Source: Opitutia bacterium (GTDB lineage Bacteria > Verrucomicrobiota > Verrucomicrobiia > Opitutales > Opitutaceae). Taken from it: a stretch of 64,000 bases of DNA. Numbering within the stretch: the first letter of the stretch is position 1; each line of letters starts with the position of its first letter. The position numbers were made by a program, and so were the translations under genes. The stretch spans positions 59,219-123,218 of the forward strand of contig CANJVR010000007.1 in assembly GCA_947478395.1 (NCBI GenBank), written 5' to 3'. A model generated the notes under the pieces. That model saw only the letters and a list, made by a program, of their open reading frames with translations. It did no database searches and was not told where the DNA came from. This document shows, piece by piece, positions 17,434 to 28,400 of this stretch.

Positions 17434-20153
17434 GCGCGCCCAACCGCACCGCCGTCTCGTCGGATAATGCGGCCACCCCCGCGCCCACCGCGGCCGTCTT
17501 GCTCCTTGACGCCTCGGGCCGGGTCACGTCCGCGAATGCCAGCGCGCGCACCCTTTGGCAGGTCGACGAGGCCGGACTCGTGGGTGAACCATTCGCCAGT
17601 TTGTTTCTATTCGATATTGTTTCAGAAGGTCCCGAGTGGCTCGAAGCGCAGTGGGACGTCGTGCGTGGCGCCGCTCTCGAGCGGACGGCCCTGCTAACGG
17701 TTCAACCCCGCGAATCCGGTCCGGTTAACTTGGGGGTGCGGATCGAGCCTGCGGTTGGTGGCGCCGGCGGCTACATCGCCGTGGTGCAGCCACTGGCGGC
17801 GGCGCCAACGCCGAACGGGGACGACGGCCTGACGTTGCTCGTTGAGCAGAGCGCGGCGGGTTACTTCGATCTTAATTTCAAAGCAGGTCAGGTGATTTAC
17901 TCGCCGGTTTGGAAAACATTACTCGGCTACTCATTCGGCGAACTCGCGGACACGCATGAGACCTGGCTCACGCATATTCACCCGGAGGATTCGGAGGCCG
18001 CACCGTATTTTATCGGCAAGAAATATACGACGGATGTCCGACGCATCTCGGTGGAATTTCGCATGCGACACCGCCAGGGACACTACGTCTGGTTGCACTG
18101 CACCGGGCTCCAGCAGGTGAGTGCGAAGGGCGAACTCGATCGAGTCGTCGGTTTCTGCGTCGATGTGACTGAGCGACGAGAGGTCGAGGAAGCGAGTCTC
18201 GCGAACGATGTGCGCTTGCAGGATCTCAGTACGAGCGGACCACTCGGCGCCTTCGAATTAAATTTCGCCCGCCGGCAATACTGGGTATCGCCGGTGTGGA
18301 GCCAGATGCTCGGTCTGGGTGAAGTCTCCGCGGCGGACGCGTTGGCGGCGTTCTCCCGGACGCTGCCCGACGCCGAACCCGCGCCGGAACCCGCGGCCTG
18401 GCTGGCCGCGCGCGCGCCGGGGCAAAGTTCATTTTTTGAATCGGTGGAGCTGCGCGACGCCAATGACCGGCCGGTGTCGGTTTTCCTCGGCGCGCATCGG
18501 ACGTTCACGCGCAAACGTGAACTCGCGCGTGTCGTTGGTTTCATTTGTCCGCTGCCGACTTCGCTGGCGGCCCTCGCGCTGGACGAGGGTCCGGCGTTGT
18601 CACCGCAGTTGTTGTCCGCGGCGTTCACCACGCTCACGGAGGCCGTGCTCATCACGGACGCGATGGGGCAGGTTATCTTCGTGAATCATGCCGCCGCCCG
18701 GTTGTTGCAGCGCGTGCCAGCGGACGTCATTGGCCGGCCGGTCGACCGCGTTTTTCGGCTCGCGAACCGACTGACTGGGCGCCCCGGTGACAACCCGGTC
18801 GAGGCGGCGCTGGCCGTGGAAGGCATCCTACCGCTCAATAACGAGCAGGCGCTTTTGCCCGGGCATCTTTTCGAGCAGACATCTTTGCCTGTGGCGGTGA
18901 CCGAGTCACCTTCCGCGCTGGACGCATCGCCCCGACCGATTGTTTGGGCGGCCCGAGCGGTGCGTGGTCCGGACCGCGAGCCGCGAGGCGTAGTGATCGT
19001 TTTCCGCGACCCGAATGAGGTAACGCTCACGCCCGACGAACTCGTGAGGGCGAATCGGTTCGAGAGGCTCGGCCAGCTCGCGGGTGGGATCGCTCATGAT
19101 TTCAACAACCTTCTGACGAAGATCATGGGCAACATCGCACTCGCGTTGAAAAACCAGGATCTTGGATCGCTGGGCGACGCGGAGAAAGCCTGCATGGCTG
19201 CGAAGGGGCTCACCCAACAGCTTTTGCTCGTGGCGAAAGGTGGCGGGGCCACGCTCTCCGTCGTTGCAGCGCAGGAGATTCTTGACGACGCGATGCATCT
19301 CGCTGCGGCCGGCGCGACCGCGGCGGTCAGCGTTACCGTCGATCCCGGTACGGATCCGGTGGCGGTGGACCGCGCGGAAATTCTCCAGGTTTTCCAAAAT
19401 CTTATCCTCAACGCCATCCAAGCGATGCCGCCCGGGCCGCACGTCGGACGGGTCCAGTTGTGCGCGCGTAATTTCACGGTGCACGAGCAACAGATCTCCG
19501 GTCTGCCGGCGGGCGAGTATGTTGAGTTCCAGTTCCGCGACAACGGCGCCGGCATCCCGCCGGAAATCCAGGAAAAAATCTGGGACCCATTTTTCACAAC
19601 GAAAAAACACGGCACTGGCCTCGGCCTCTCGACTGTGTTGTCGATCGTGCGCAAGCACGGTGGACAAATGGGCCTCAGCTCGACGGTGGGCGAGGGCAGT
19701 GTTTTCACCGTTTACCTGCCGAGCACTGGCCGACCCGCGGAGGTGCAGGCGCGCAAAGCGCCGTCGCTGCGTTTTGGCACGGGCCGCATCCTGTTCATGG
19801 ATGACGACGAGAAGATTTCCACGCTCACGGGCGGCATGCTCGCCAGTCTCGATTACAAGTACGACCTCGCGAAAAACGGCGACGAAGCGATCGCGCTTTA
19901 TACGCGCTATCTCAATATCGGCCGCCCCTACGATGTTGTGATTATGGACCTGACGGTCGTTGCAGGGATGGGCGGGGAGGACTGTTTCAAGCAATTGCGG
20001 GGGCTCGATCCCGATGTACGGGCGATCATTTCCAGCGGCTACGACCACGACGACATCGCCCGGCGTTATCTCGACATGGGCTTCTGTGGCTATCTCGCCA
20101 AGCCCTATCGCGTGGCGGACCTCGGGAAGATTCTAAAAGGAATTCTGAGCTGA
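17430..20153 (+). CDS. Multi-PAS hybrid sensor histidine kinase with receiver domain
   Basis: PAS repeats (IHPED..., LITDAMG), AGGIAHDFNNLL H-box, NLILNA, DNGAGI, PFFTTK, GTGLGL, C-terminal receiver (MDDD, IMDL, AKPY). Confidence 0.92.
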   Translation: MSAPNRTAVSSDNAATPAPTAAVLLLDASGRVTSANASARTLWQVDEAGLVGEPFASLFLFDIVSEGPEWLEAQWDVVRGAALERTALLTVQPRESGPVNLGVRIEPAVGGAGGYIAVVQPLAAAPTPNGDDGLTLLVEQSAAGYFDLNFKAGQVIYSPVWKTLLGYSFGELADTHETWLTHIHPEDSEAAPYFIGKKYTTDVRRISVEFRMRHRQGHYVWLHCTGLQQVSAKGELDRVVGFCVDVTERREVEEASLANDVRLQDLSTSGPLGAFELNFARRQYWVSPVWSQMLGLGEVSAADALAAFSRTLPDAEPAPEPAAWLAARAPGQSSFFESVELRDANDRPVSVFLGAHRTFTRKRELARVVGFICPLPTSLAALALDEGPALSPQLLSAAFTTLTEAVLITDAMGQVIFVNHAAARLLQRVPADVIGRPVDRVFRLANRLTGRPGDNPVEAALAVEGILPLNNEQALLPGHLFEQTSLPVAVTESPSALDASPRPIVWAARAVRGPDREPRGVVIVFRDPNEVTLTPDELVRANRFERLGQLAGGIAHDFNNLLTKIMGNIALALKNQDLGSLGDAEKACMAAKGLTQQLLLVAKGGGATLSVVAAQEILDDAMHLAAAGATAAVSVTVDPGTDPVAVDRAEILQVFQNLILNAIQAMPPGPHVGRVQLCARNFTVHEQQISGLPAGEYVEFQFRDNGAGIPPEIQEKIWDPFFTTKKHGTGLGLSTVLSIVRKHGGQMGLSSTVGEGSVFTVYLPSTGRPAEVQARKAPSLRFGTGRILFMDDDEKISTLTGGMLASLDYKYDLAKNGDEAIALYTRYLNIGRPYDVVIMDLTVVAGMGGEDCFKQLRGLDPDVRAIISSGYDHDDIARRYLDMGFCGYLAKPYRVADLGKILKGILS

Positions 20154-20209
20154 TTCGAGGTGGGCTAGCTCGACCGCGAGCGGACCGGCCCAAGCATTTA
20201 ATCGCGGCA

Positions 20210-20818
20210 TCATTCCCGCCACGTGAACGCGTGGCAAAGGGCCACGCCGGCCGCGTCGGCTTCGTCGGATGCGAGCGGGCGGCCATGGCCCATCAGGGCC
20301 ATCACGGTGCGCGCCATCTGCTCTTTGCTCGCACGGCCCGCGCCGACGACCGCCTGTTTTACGCGTAGGGGGGCATATTCGAAAATCGGCCGGTCGAAGA
20401 GCGCGGCCGCCGCCATCGCCGCGCCGCGGGCCGCGCCGAGAATTTGGGCCGTCTGAAAATTTTGCACGAAGATCGTCTGCTCCATCGCGACGTGCCGGAC
20501 CTGGCCGCCGTCGAGAAAAGCGGTCACGGCCCGGTGAATCTCGGCCAACGCCACCGCCATGGGCCGGCTCGCCGGCACTTTCACCGTTTGGCAGCGCAGC
20601 AGCAGCGGCCCGCGCCCGGCCGCAAATTCGACCAAGGCGAGGCCGGTGCCGCGGAGTGAGGGATCGATGCCGAGGACAATTCCAACGAACGGCGTGCGCC
20701 GTCCCAAGCTCAACGCGGCTTGGTTCACGGCGGCTTCCCTCTTGGATTGCGGCGCGGCCGGCACGGGCTGACCGGCGAGTTTCGCCGCCCACATTTGTCG
20801 AACGTTCATGCGTGCCAT
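20210..20818 (-). CDS. ruvC: Holliday junction resolvase RuvC
   Basis: [30 protein letters not shown]. Confidence 0.92.
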   Translation of the reverse strand: MARMNVRQMWAAKLAGQPVPAAPQSKREAAVNQAALSLGRRTPFVGIVLGIDPSLRGTGLALVEFAAGRGPLLLRCQTVKVPASRPMAVALAEIHRAVTAFLDGGQVRHVAMEQTIFVQNFQTAQILGAARGAAMAAAALFDRPIFEYAPLRVKQAVVGAGRASKEQMARTVMALMGHGRPLASDEADAAGVALCHAFTWRE

Positions 20819-20860
20819 ACTGAATTGGGCTTGATTGCGAATCCGGTGTTTCGCCGCAAG

Positions 20861-21631
20861 TTAGCTGAATAATTTCGCGGCCAGCAGCGAGGAAAGTTTA
20901 AAAACGAGGTCGATCGCCGCGATGACGGCGAGCGTCAGCGCCAGATTCTCGAAGATACGCTGGTTGATTTTCGGCAGCAGTTTCCGACCCGCCATGGCGC
21001 CGACGAAAACCGCCGGAGCGAGGGCCAGATTCAGTCCGAAACTGCTGCGGTTGATCAAACCGAGTTCGACCATGAACGGCACCTTGAACAGATTCATCAG
21101 AAAGAAAAATACCGCGGCGGTGCCGACGTATTCCATTTTAGGAAGGCGCATGGCCAGCAGATAGATCGCCATCAACGGGCCGGCGGCGTTGGCCACGAGC
21201 GTCGTGAAGCCGGCCAGAATTCCGATGATCGGAGGAAACCAGACACCGTGCTCAGCCTCATGGCCACCGCCCCGCGCCCGCCGGAAAAGATGCACCCCGA
21301 CGAGTGAAAGCACGATGCCGCCGATGAGGTAGCGCGCCTGACGTTCGTCGATGTGATTCATGGCGAGCCAGCCGGCGATCACCCCCGCCGCCGTCCACGG
21401 AAACAGCCGCCAAACATGGCGCCACTGGGCGTGCTGCCGGTACGACAACACCGCGATGAGATCGCCAAAACAGAGCAGGGGCAGGACGACGCCCGTCGCC
21501 TGCTTCGCCGGCATCAACTGCGCAAACATCACGACGAAGAGCATGCCGAGCCCGCTGATGCCCGTCTTGGAAAAACCCACGAGCAACGCCGCAAGAATTG
21601 CGATGCTCCACTGCCACGGAGTAAAATTCAT
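20861..21631 (-). CDS. Sulfite exporter TauE/SafE family membrane protein
   Basis: [29 protein letters not shown]; start at ATG 21631 (MNFTP). Confidence 0.85.
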   Translation of the reverse strand: MNFTPWQWSIAILAALLVGFSKTGISGLGMLFVVMFAQLMPAKQATGVVLPLLCFGDLIAVLSYRQHAQWRHVWRLFPWTAAGVIAGWLAMNHIDERQARYLIGGIVLSLVGVHLFRRARGGGHEAEHGVWFPPIIGILAGFTTLVANAAGPLMAIYLLAMRLPKMEYVGTAAVFFFLMNLFKVPFMVELGLINRSSFGLNLALAPAVFVGAMAGRKLLPKINQRIFENLALTLAVIAAIDLVFKLSSLLAAKLFS

Positions 21632-22710
21632 GACGCGGCCTCCGCGAAATTCCCGTCTTGGACGTTGAACACCTGCCAAGCGCCGAGCTCTGCGTCGGGC
21701 AGACTCGTGCCAGTTGCCAGGACCTGTGATTCGGGATCGATCGCCGCCCAAAAACGCCGGCGCCGCGCGGGATCGAGTTCGCCCAGCACGTCGTCGCACA
21801 GCAGCACGGGCCGCACCCCGCTTTTTTCCTGAAACCACGCGGCCTGGGCGAGACGTAATGCGAGCACGAGGGAACGTTGTTGTCCTTCCGAACTGAAGTC
21901 TTTCGCGAGTTTCCCCTCGATCTTCAGTTCCAGATCATCCCGATGCGGGCCGTTGAGCGTGGTGCGCAGCATGATGTCACGGCCGCGGCTGGCTTCCAGT
22001 CGCGCGAGGAGCGCTTCGGCCGACGCATCGGCAAAATCAGGGGTGTAGACGAGCGCTGCTTGCTCCGCGCCATCGCAGACCAGCGCATATGCTGCGGTCA
22101 GAGCCGTCGCGAGCGTGCCGATACCTGCGGTGCGCAAGCCGATTAACGCGGCGGCTGCGGGCGCCAGGGTCTGTTCGAATGCGCTCAGCTCGCGCGCGGC
22201 ACCACCGCCCTTTTTCAGGAGTGCATTTCGACCGGCGAGGGCGCGCGTGTAGGTTTGCAGGGCCGTGAGGTAATTCGCGTCCATGGCGGCCAAGGTGAGG
22301 TCAAGCCAGCGGCGCCGCCCGGCCGGCGCGCCCCGGATCAACTGGAGATCCTGCGCGGTAAACGCCACGGTCGGAAATTTTCCGAGATAGTCCGCCAGCC
22401 GTGTCACCTTGGTCTGATCACACCACAGCTCCTTGCTGTCGCGATGGAGCTTGATGCTGACTTGGGTCGCGCCGAAGCGTTCGTGTTCCAGACCGCAGCC
22501 CACGCCTGCGGTCTGCTGGGTGTGCATGATCAAAAGCTGGTTGTCGGTCGCCCGAAAGGAACGCACGGCGGTGAGAAAGCCCGCGGCCTCGAGGAGATTG
22601 GTTTTTCCCTGCGCATTCGGTCCCGCGAAAAATTGCTGCCGGCCCGCGAACTCCAGCCGGGCAAACGCCACGTTGCGGAAATGGCGGAGGGTCAGGGTGC
22701 GCAAACGCAT
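21628..22710 (-). CDS. recF: DNA replication/repair protein RecF
   Basis: HFRN, Walker [35 protein letters not shown]; start at ATG 22710. Confidence 0.95.
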   Translation of the reverse strand: MRLRTLTLRHFRNVAFARLEFAGRQQFFAGPNAQGKTNLLEAAGFLTAVRSFRATDNQLLIMHTQQTAGVGCGLEHERFGATQVSIKLHRDSKELWCDQTKVTRLADYLGKFPTVAFTAQDLQLIRGAPAGRRRWLDLTLAAMDANYLTALQTYTRALAGRNALLKKGGGAARELSAFEQTLAPAAAALIGLRTAGIGTLATALTAAYALVCDGAEQAALVYTPDFADASAEALLARLEASRGRDIMLRTTLNGPHRDDLELKIEGKLAKDFSSEGQQRSLVLALRLAQAAWFQEKSGVRPVLLCDDVLGELDPARRRRFWAAIDPESQVLATGTSLPDAELGAWQVFNVQDGNFAEAAS

Positions 22711-22776
22711 CGGTTTTCCAGTAGCTGGAAATTTTCTGTCGCGGGCAAGCTCCCTCCCTCTTTTGCTCAGCGCACC

Positions 22777-23334
22777 ATGACGTTCGACGCCGCGCTGGCC
22801 GAGACCACCCGTACGCTCCAAGCCCTCCCGACGATCCGGCCGTCAATCGACGCCGCCGGGGATCTCTTGCTGGCGACGCTCCGCCGCGGGGGGAAGCTGC
22901 TGATCTGTGGCAACGGCGGGAGCGCGGCTGAGGCCGCGCATTTCTCGACGGAGCTGGTCGGTCGTTATGCCAAAAACCGGCGGGCGCTGCCGGCGATCGC
23001 CCTGTCGGCCGACGGTTCGCTCCTCAGCTGCATCGCGAACGATTACGGCGCCGACCAGATTTTTTCCCGGCAGCTGGCCGGACTCGCCAAATCGGGCGAC
23101 CTGCTGGTCGTCCTGACCACGAGCGGGAAGTCGCCCAACATTCTCGCCGCGCTGGCGGAAGCGAAAAAATTGAACCTTGAGAGCGTCGCATTTCTCGGCC
23201 GCGGCGGCGGTCCCGCCAAGGGACTGGCGACGGTCGATTTGATCGTTCCCGGCCAATCTGGACCCGCGACGCAGGAGTCCCATCTTTTCCTGATTCACTA
23301 TTTTTGTGAGCTGATCGACGCCGAGTTTGTGTAA
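22777..23334 (+). CDS. gmhA: SIS-domain phosphoheptose isomerase (GmhA-like)
   Basis: [26 protein letters not shown]; start at ATG 22777. Confidence 0.8.
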   Translation: MTFDAALAETTRTLQALPTIRPSIDAAGDLLLATLRRGGKLLICGNGGSAAEAAHFSTELVGRYAKNRRALPAIALSADGSLLSCIANDYGADQIFSRQLAGLAKSGDLLVVLTTSGKSPNILAALAEAKKLNLESVAFLGRGGGPAKGLATVDLIVPGQSGPATQESHLFLIHYFCELIDAEFV

Positions 23335-23476
23335 TCGAAAGTCGGATGTGCCGGCGGCTTTGGGTGGATTCATGCCCCGAGCGGAAGCTGGCGTTCCTAG
23401 GCGGGTGGGCCCCGTTCGCGTCTGCATCCGCATGATCAATCCCCCGAACATTTATGACATAAATGAAATTTGTTCA

Positions 23477-23492
23477 TGGCATCCATTCTGCT
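23477..23492 (+). promoter_or_regulatory. Putative sigma-54 (-24/-12) promoter of amtB-glnK
   Basis: TGGCATCCATTCTGCT fits GG-N10-GC with TGGCA and TGCT ends, just upstream of nitrogen-regulated genes. Confidence 0.6.
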
Positions 23493-23510
23493 AGGGACGG
23501 TGTCGTTGCT

Positions 23511-25025
23511 ATGAAAACCCTCCTCCATGTTATCCGACACCGTTTCGTAATCGCGGGACTGCTGCTTTTGTCAGCCGTCTCTGCTTTGGCCCAAGCCCCG
23601 GCCGCCCCGGCCGCCCCGGCTGCCCCGGCTGCCCCGGCCGCCCCGGCTGCCCCGGCGCCCGCGGCACCGCCGACTTCTGACGAGCGCATTGCCGCTCTGG
23701 AAGCCTACATCAATAACGCCGATCCGGTCAAAGGGCCGCTGGTCGGCGCTTCGGGCCCCGGTCACAACGCGTGGATGATGACCAGCTCGGCGCTGGTTCT
23801 TTTCATGACGCTGCCGGGCCTGGCGCTTTTCTACGGCGGTCTGGTGCGCAAGAAGAACGTGTTGTCCGTGCTGGCCCAATGTCTCGGGATCACCGGTCTG
23901 GTTACCCTGATGTGGTGGGCCTTCGGCTACAGCCTGGTCTTCGGTAAAAGTTTCAACAGCCCGTACTTCGGAGGCTCGGAGTACTTCTTCCTGAAGGGTG
24001 TGACATCCGCGCCCAACACCGACTACGCGTACTGGGTTAGTCAGAACGTATTTTCGATGTACCAGATGATGTTCGCGATCATCACCCCGGCGCTGATCGT
24101 CGGCGCCATTGCCGAGCGCATGAAATTCACGGCCATCATGACCTTCGTCGGGCTCTGGATGCTGGTGGTTTATTTCCCGCTGGCGCACATGGTCTGGGGC
24201 TCGGACGGCCTGATGAACGGCGTTTGGAATGCCGACGCAAAAATCAAGGCGATTGATTTCGCAGGCGGTACCGTGGTGCACATGTCATCCGGCTGGTCCG
24301 CCCTGATCCTGTGTTTGATCCTCGGGCCCCGCCTCGGCTTCGGCAAAGACAAGATGGCTCCGCACAGCATGGTGCTGTGTATGGTCGGCACCGGCATGCT
24401 CTGGGTGGGTTGGTATGGCTTTAATGCCGGTAGCGCGGTCGCCGCCGACGGCGTTGCCGCTAACGCCTTCATGACCACCACGCTCGCGGCCGCGGTCGCA
24501 GCGTTCGTGTGGGGCCTGATCGAGAAAATCTTCCGTGGTCACGCTTCCATCCTGGGCTTCTGCTCGGGTGCGGTTGCTGGTCTCGTCGTCATCACGCCGG
24601 CCGCCGGCTTCGTCGATTCCACTGGCGCCGTAATCATCGGTGTGCTCGCGGCGGTTGTACCCTACATCTTTGTCACCAAGATCAAAGCGATCTTCGGCTA
24701 CGACGATGCGCTCGACACCTTCGGCGTGCACGCCGTCGGTGGTACGCTCGGTGCTTTGGTCACGGGCTTTCTGGCCACCGCCTCGGTGAACAGCAACCTC
24801 TCGGGTGCTCCCGCCACGAAGAACGGGCTTGCGAAACTCGTGAGTGACGGCGGTCTCTGGCTCGAACAGAGCAAGGCGATGGCGATCACACTCGTACTGT
24901 CGCTCGTCGGCACCGTTGTCCTGGCCTATCTCGTAAAACTCACCATCGGTCTCCGCCCGTCGTCCGAAGTCGAATCTCAAGGCCTCGACATCAACGACCA
25001 TGGCGAAGAAGGTTATATCGACTAA
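23511..25025 (+). CDS. amtB: Ammonium transporter
   Basis: LFYGGLVR, YQMMFAIITP, DFAGGTVVH, WYGFNAGS, DDALDTFGVH; signal peptide followed by an (APA)n linker. Confidence 0.96.
   Translation: MKTLLHVIRHRFVIAGLLLLSAVSALAQAPAAPAAPAAPAAPAAPAAPAPAAPPTSDERIAALEAYINNADPVKGPLVGASGPGHNAWMMTSSALVLFMTLPGLALFYGGLVRKKNVLSVLAQCLGITGLVTLMWWAFGYSLVFGKSFNSPYFGGSEYFFLKGVTSAPNTDYAYWVSQNVFSMYQMMFAIITPALIVGAIAERMKFTAIMTFVGLWMLVVYFPLAHMVWGSDGLMNGVWNADAKIKAIDFAGGTVVHMSSGWSALILCLILGPRLGFGKDKMAPHSMVLCMVGTGMLWVGWYGFNAGSAVAADGVAANAFMTTTLAAAVAAFVWGLIEKIFRGHASILGFCSGAVAGLVVITPAAGFVDSTGAVIIGVLAAVVPYIFVTKIKAIFGYDDALDTFGVHAVGGTLGALVTGFLATASVNSNLSGAPATKNGLAKLVSDGGLWLEQSKAMAITLVLSLVGTVVLAYLVKLTIGLRPSSEVESQGLDINDHGEEGYID
23595..23657 (+). 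repeat. 9-bp tandem repeat x7 (GCCCCGGCN) encoding an Ala-Pro-Ala linker in amtB
   Basis: Read directly from the sequence. Confidence 0.9.
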
Positions 25026-25048
25026 GTCATCCCTCACCACTCACGTAA

Positions 25049-25393
<345 letters not shown>

Positions 25394-25423
25394 GCGCGCG
25401 CAACCGTTGGAATAATTCAGGGC

Positions 25424-25458
25424 AGGCCGGCTCCGCGCGAGCCGGCCTTTTTGTTTTT
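25424..25458 (+). terminator. Intrinsic terminator after glnK
   Basis: AGGCCGGCTC-cgcgc-GAGCCGGCCT stem followed by TTTTGTTTTT. Confidence 0.85.
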
Positions 25459-25487
25459 CGAGGACGGGGTCGCTTTCCGCCCCGTTT

Positions 25488-28400
25488 TTAGTGCTTCAAC
25501 CGAGTTCGCAGATACGGCGCGGTGGGGCTGTGCTTCACTTTCAACAGCCCGGCGAGTTCGCCTTGGTAAAGGAGCTCGCCGCCGTCGGGACCGCCGACCG
25601 GACCGAGTTCCACGATGTAGTCCGCCTCGGCGAGGAGATCGAGATGATGCTCGATCACCACCACCGTGTGCCCTTGGTCGACGAGCGAGTGCAGCACCCG
25701 GATGAGTTTCTCGCAGTCGCTGAGGTGCAGCCCGATGGTGGGCTCCTCGAGCAAATAAAGATTCCGCGGCTTTTCCCCCCGGCTGCGTTCCCGGTAGCTC
25801 GCGAGGCCGGTCGAAAGCTCCGTCACCAGTTTCAGGCGCTGCGCTTCTCCGCCCGAAAGCGTGGGGGAACTCTGCCCGAGCGTGAGATAACCGAGACCAC
25901 AATCCACCATGAGCTGGCAGACTTGGGACAGCTGCGAATGGAAATCAAAAAATCCCGCCGCTTCCTCAAATGTTAACTGGAGCACCTGGCCGACCGATTT
26001 TCCCTTCCACGTGATGTCAGCGAGGTCGGCGCTATAACGCAGGCCGCGACAATCGTCGCACGGCAGATAGGTGTTCGGCATGAACGCCATCTCGAGTTTG
26101 ATCCGGCCCGCGCCTTCGCAGGTGGGGCACCGACCGCCTGACGTGTTGAACGAGAAGCGCGCGGCGGTAAAACCGCGAATTTTCGCCTCGGGCAGCGCAG
26201 CGAAGAATTGCCGGATCAAATCAAAGATCCCGAGATATGTGGCCGGCGTGGATCGCGGCGTTTTTCCGATGGGTGATTGATCGACCTCGACCACTTGTTT
26301 GAAACCTTGCGCGTTGCTTAATTCCGCAAAGGGCGGGGCCCCCGAAGCGGTCGGATGAGGATTAGACTCCGAGAAGCCCGTCGCCTTCACGAACCCGCGT
26401 CCGGTCATCTTTTTCAGCTTGGCTTTGATCGCCTGCGTGACGGCGGGATGAAGCACATCGCGGAAAAGCGTGGATTTTCCCGCGCCGCTCGGGCCCGAGA
26501 CCATGATCAGGCGGCCCAGCGGCAGGTGTAGATCGAAGCCCTTGAGATTGCGGAAACGGACACTCGTGAGATTCAGCCACGCCGATTTTTCGCGGGCCGC
26601 CGGTAAGGGCCGGTAGGCGCCGCGGAAAGGATGCACGATGCCCCGCGCCAGAAAAATACCGGTGAGGGAGCGCGCGTTCGCCTTAATTTCCGCCGGCGTG
26701 CCTTCAGCGAGCAGCTCGCCGCCGTGAATGCCGGCGGCCGGGCCAAGATCGATGATGCGATCGGCGCGCGCCATCAGCTCGTCATCATGTTCGACCACGA
26801 GCAGCGTGTTTCCTTTGTCGCGCAACGTTTCGAGCGTTGCGATCAGCCGCTCGTTGTCGCGGGCGTGCAGGCCGATACTGGGCTCATCCAACACATAGAG
26901 GACGCCGGCGAGGTTCGTGCCGAGCTGCGCGGCGAGGCGTATGCGTTGGGCTTCGCCCCCGGAAAGCGTGTCGGTGGGACGGTCCAGCGAGAGATAGCCG
27001 AGTCCGACGTGAGACAGAAATTTCAGGCGCTCGGCGATTTGGGGCACGATATCTTGCGTGATCAGTTTGCCGCGCGCGTCGAGTTCGAGTGCGCCAAGAT
27101 GAGCGATCAGTTCCGCCGGTGTGGCGCGCAGCAGCGCGGGCAGCGAAAGAGCCGAGGGGGATTCGGGTTTTGAGTTCTTAGTTTTGGATTTTGGCTTGGC
27201 GCGGAAATGGAGCTTTACCGCGCGCGCGATGCGGTTGAGGCGTTCGCCGTGACAATCGGGACAGGGCTGGCCCTCATCGGCGACGTCGTCCGCGGAATCG
27301 ATGCCGAATGCGCGCAGCTTGGCGAGCGGATCGGCGTTTTCCTCGGCCTCATCGGGCTCGAGCATCCATGAAAAAATTTGGCCATGACCGCGACACGTTG
27401 GACACCAGCCGCGCGGTGAGTTGAAGGAAAAGTGTTTGGGGTCGAGCTCGGGAAAACTTTCGCCCGTGTCGATGTCCGTGCGCGTGGTGGAAAACCACGA
27501 GAGAATTTCACCTTGGGGCGTGAGAAGAAAACAGGAGCCATGGCCAAGACGGAGCGCGGCCGCCAGGTGATCGGGATCGAGTTTCGAATTCTGAGTTTCG
27601 GTTTTCGGATGCTTGAGGTCGGCGACGACGACCTCGATATCATGTTCCTTATAGCGGTCTAATTTCTGGAACGCGTCGACGCGGGTGAGGCGGCCGTCGG
27701 CCCGCATGAGTTCGTAGCCCTGATTCGCGATCCACGTGGCGATGGGCTGGTGATGACCTTTGCGGCCGCGGATCAGCGGAGCGCAGAGGTACAGATGCTT
27801 CGCTTTTTTCGCCTTCGGCGTCGCGAGAACGCCGGCGACCAATTTTTTCAACGCTCCGGCGGAAAGCGGCGTAACGGGTTTGTCCGAGTCAGGGTGATGC
27901 TGAACGCCGAGACGCGCGTAGAGGAGGCGAAGATATTGGGCGACCTCGGTGATGGTTGCGACGGTCGACTTCCGCGAACCGCGAGTGACGCGTTGTTCGA
28001 TGGCGACGGTCGGAGGGATCCCGGTCAGCAAGTCCACGGCGGGCCGGGGTAGCTGTTCCACAAATTGCCGCGCGTAGGGCGACATCGACTCCATGAAGCG
28101 GCGCTGGCCCTCGGCAAACACGATGTCGAAGGCGAGCGTGCTTTTGCCCGAGCCGGAAACACCGGTGACCACCGACAGCTGACGGAGCGGAATGGAGAGG
28201 GAAAGATTTTTCAGGTTATTCTCCCGCGCGCCGACGATGCGGAGCTGCTGCGAGAAAAATGGTTTTGGGTTTCGGGTTTTGGGTTTCGAGTTGTAGGCAG
28301 CGGCTTCCTCGGCTGCCAGTAACTCGAAACTCGGAAATCCGAACTCGGAACTTCCTTTCGCCGGACCGAGCACGGCTCGGAGAAAGGGCGAGGTCGCGGT

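Noticed and set aside
22255..22776. Long N-terminal extension on the SIS protein in the ORF track
   Set aside because: It is mostly antisense to recF; SIS homology begins at ATG 22777.
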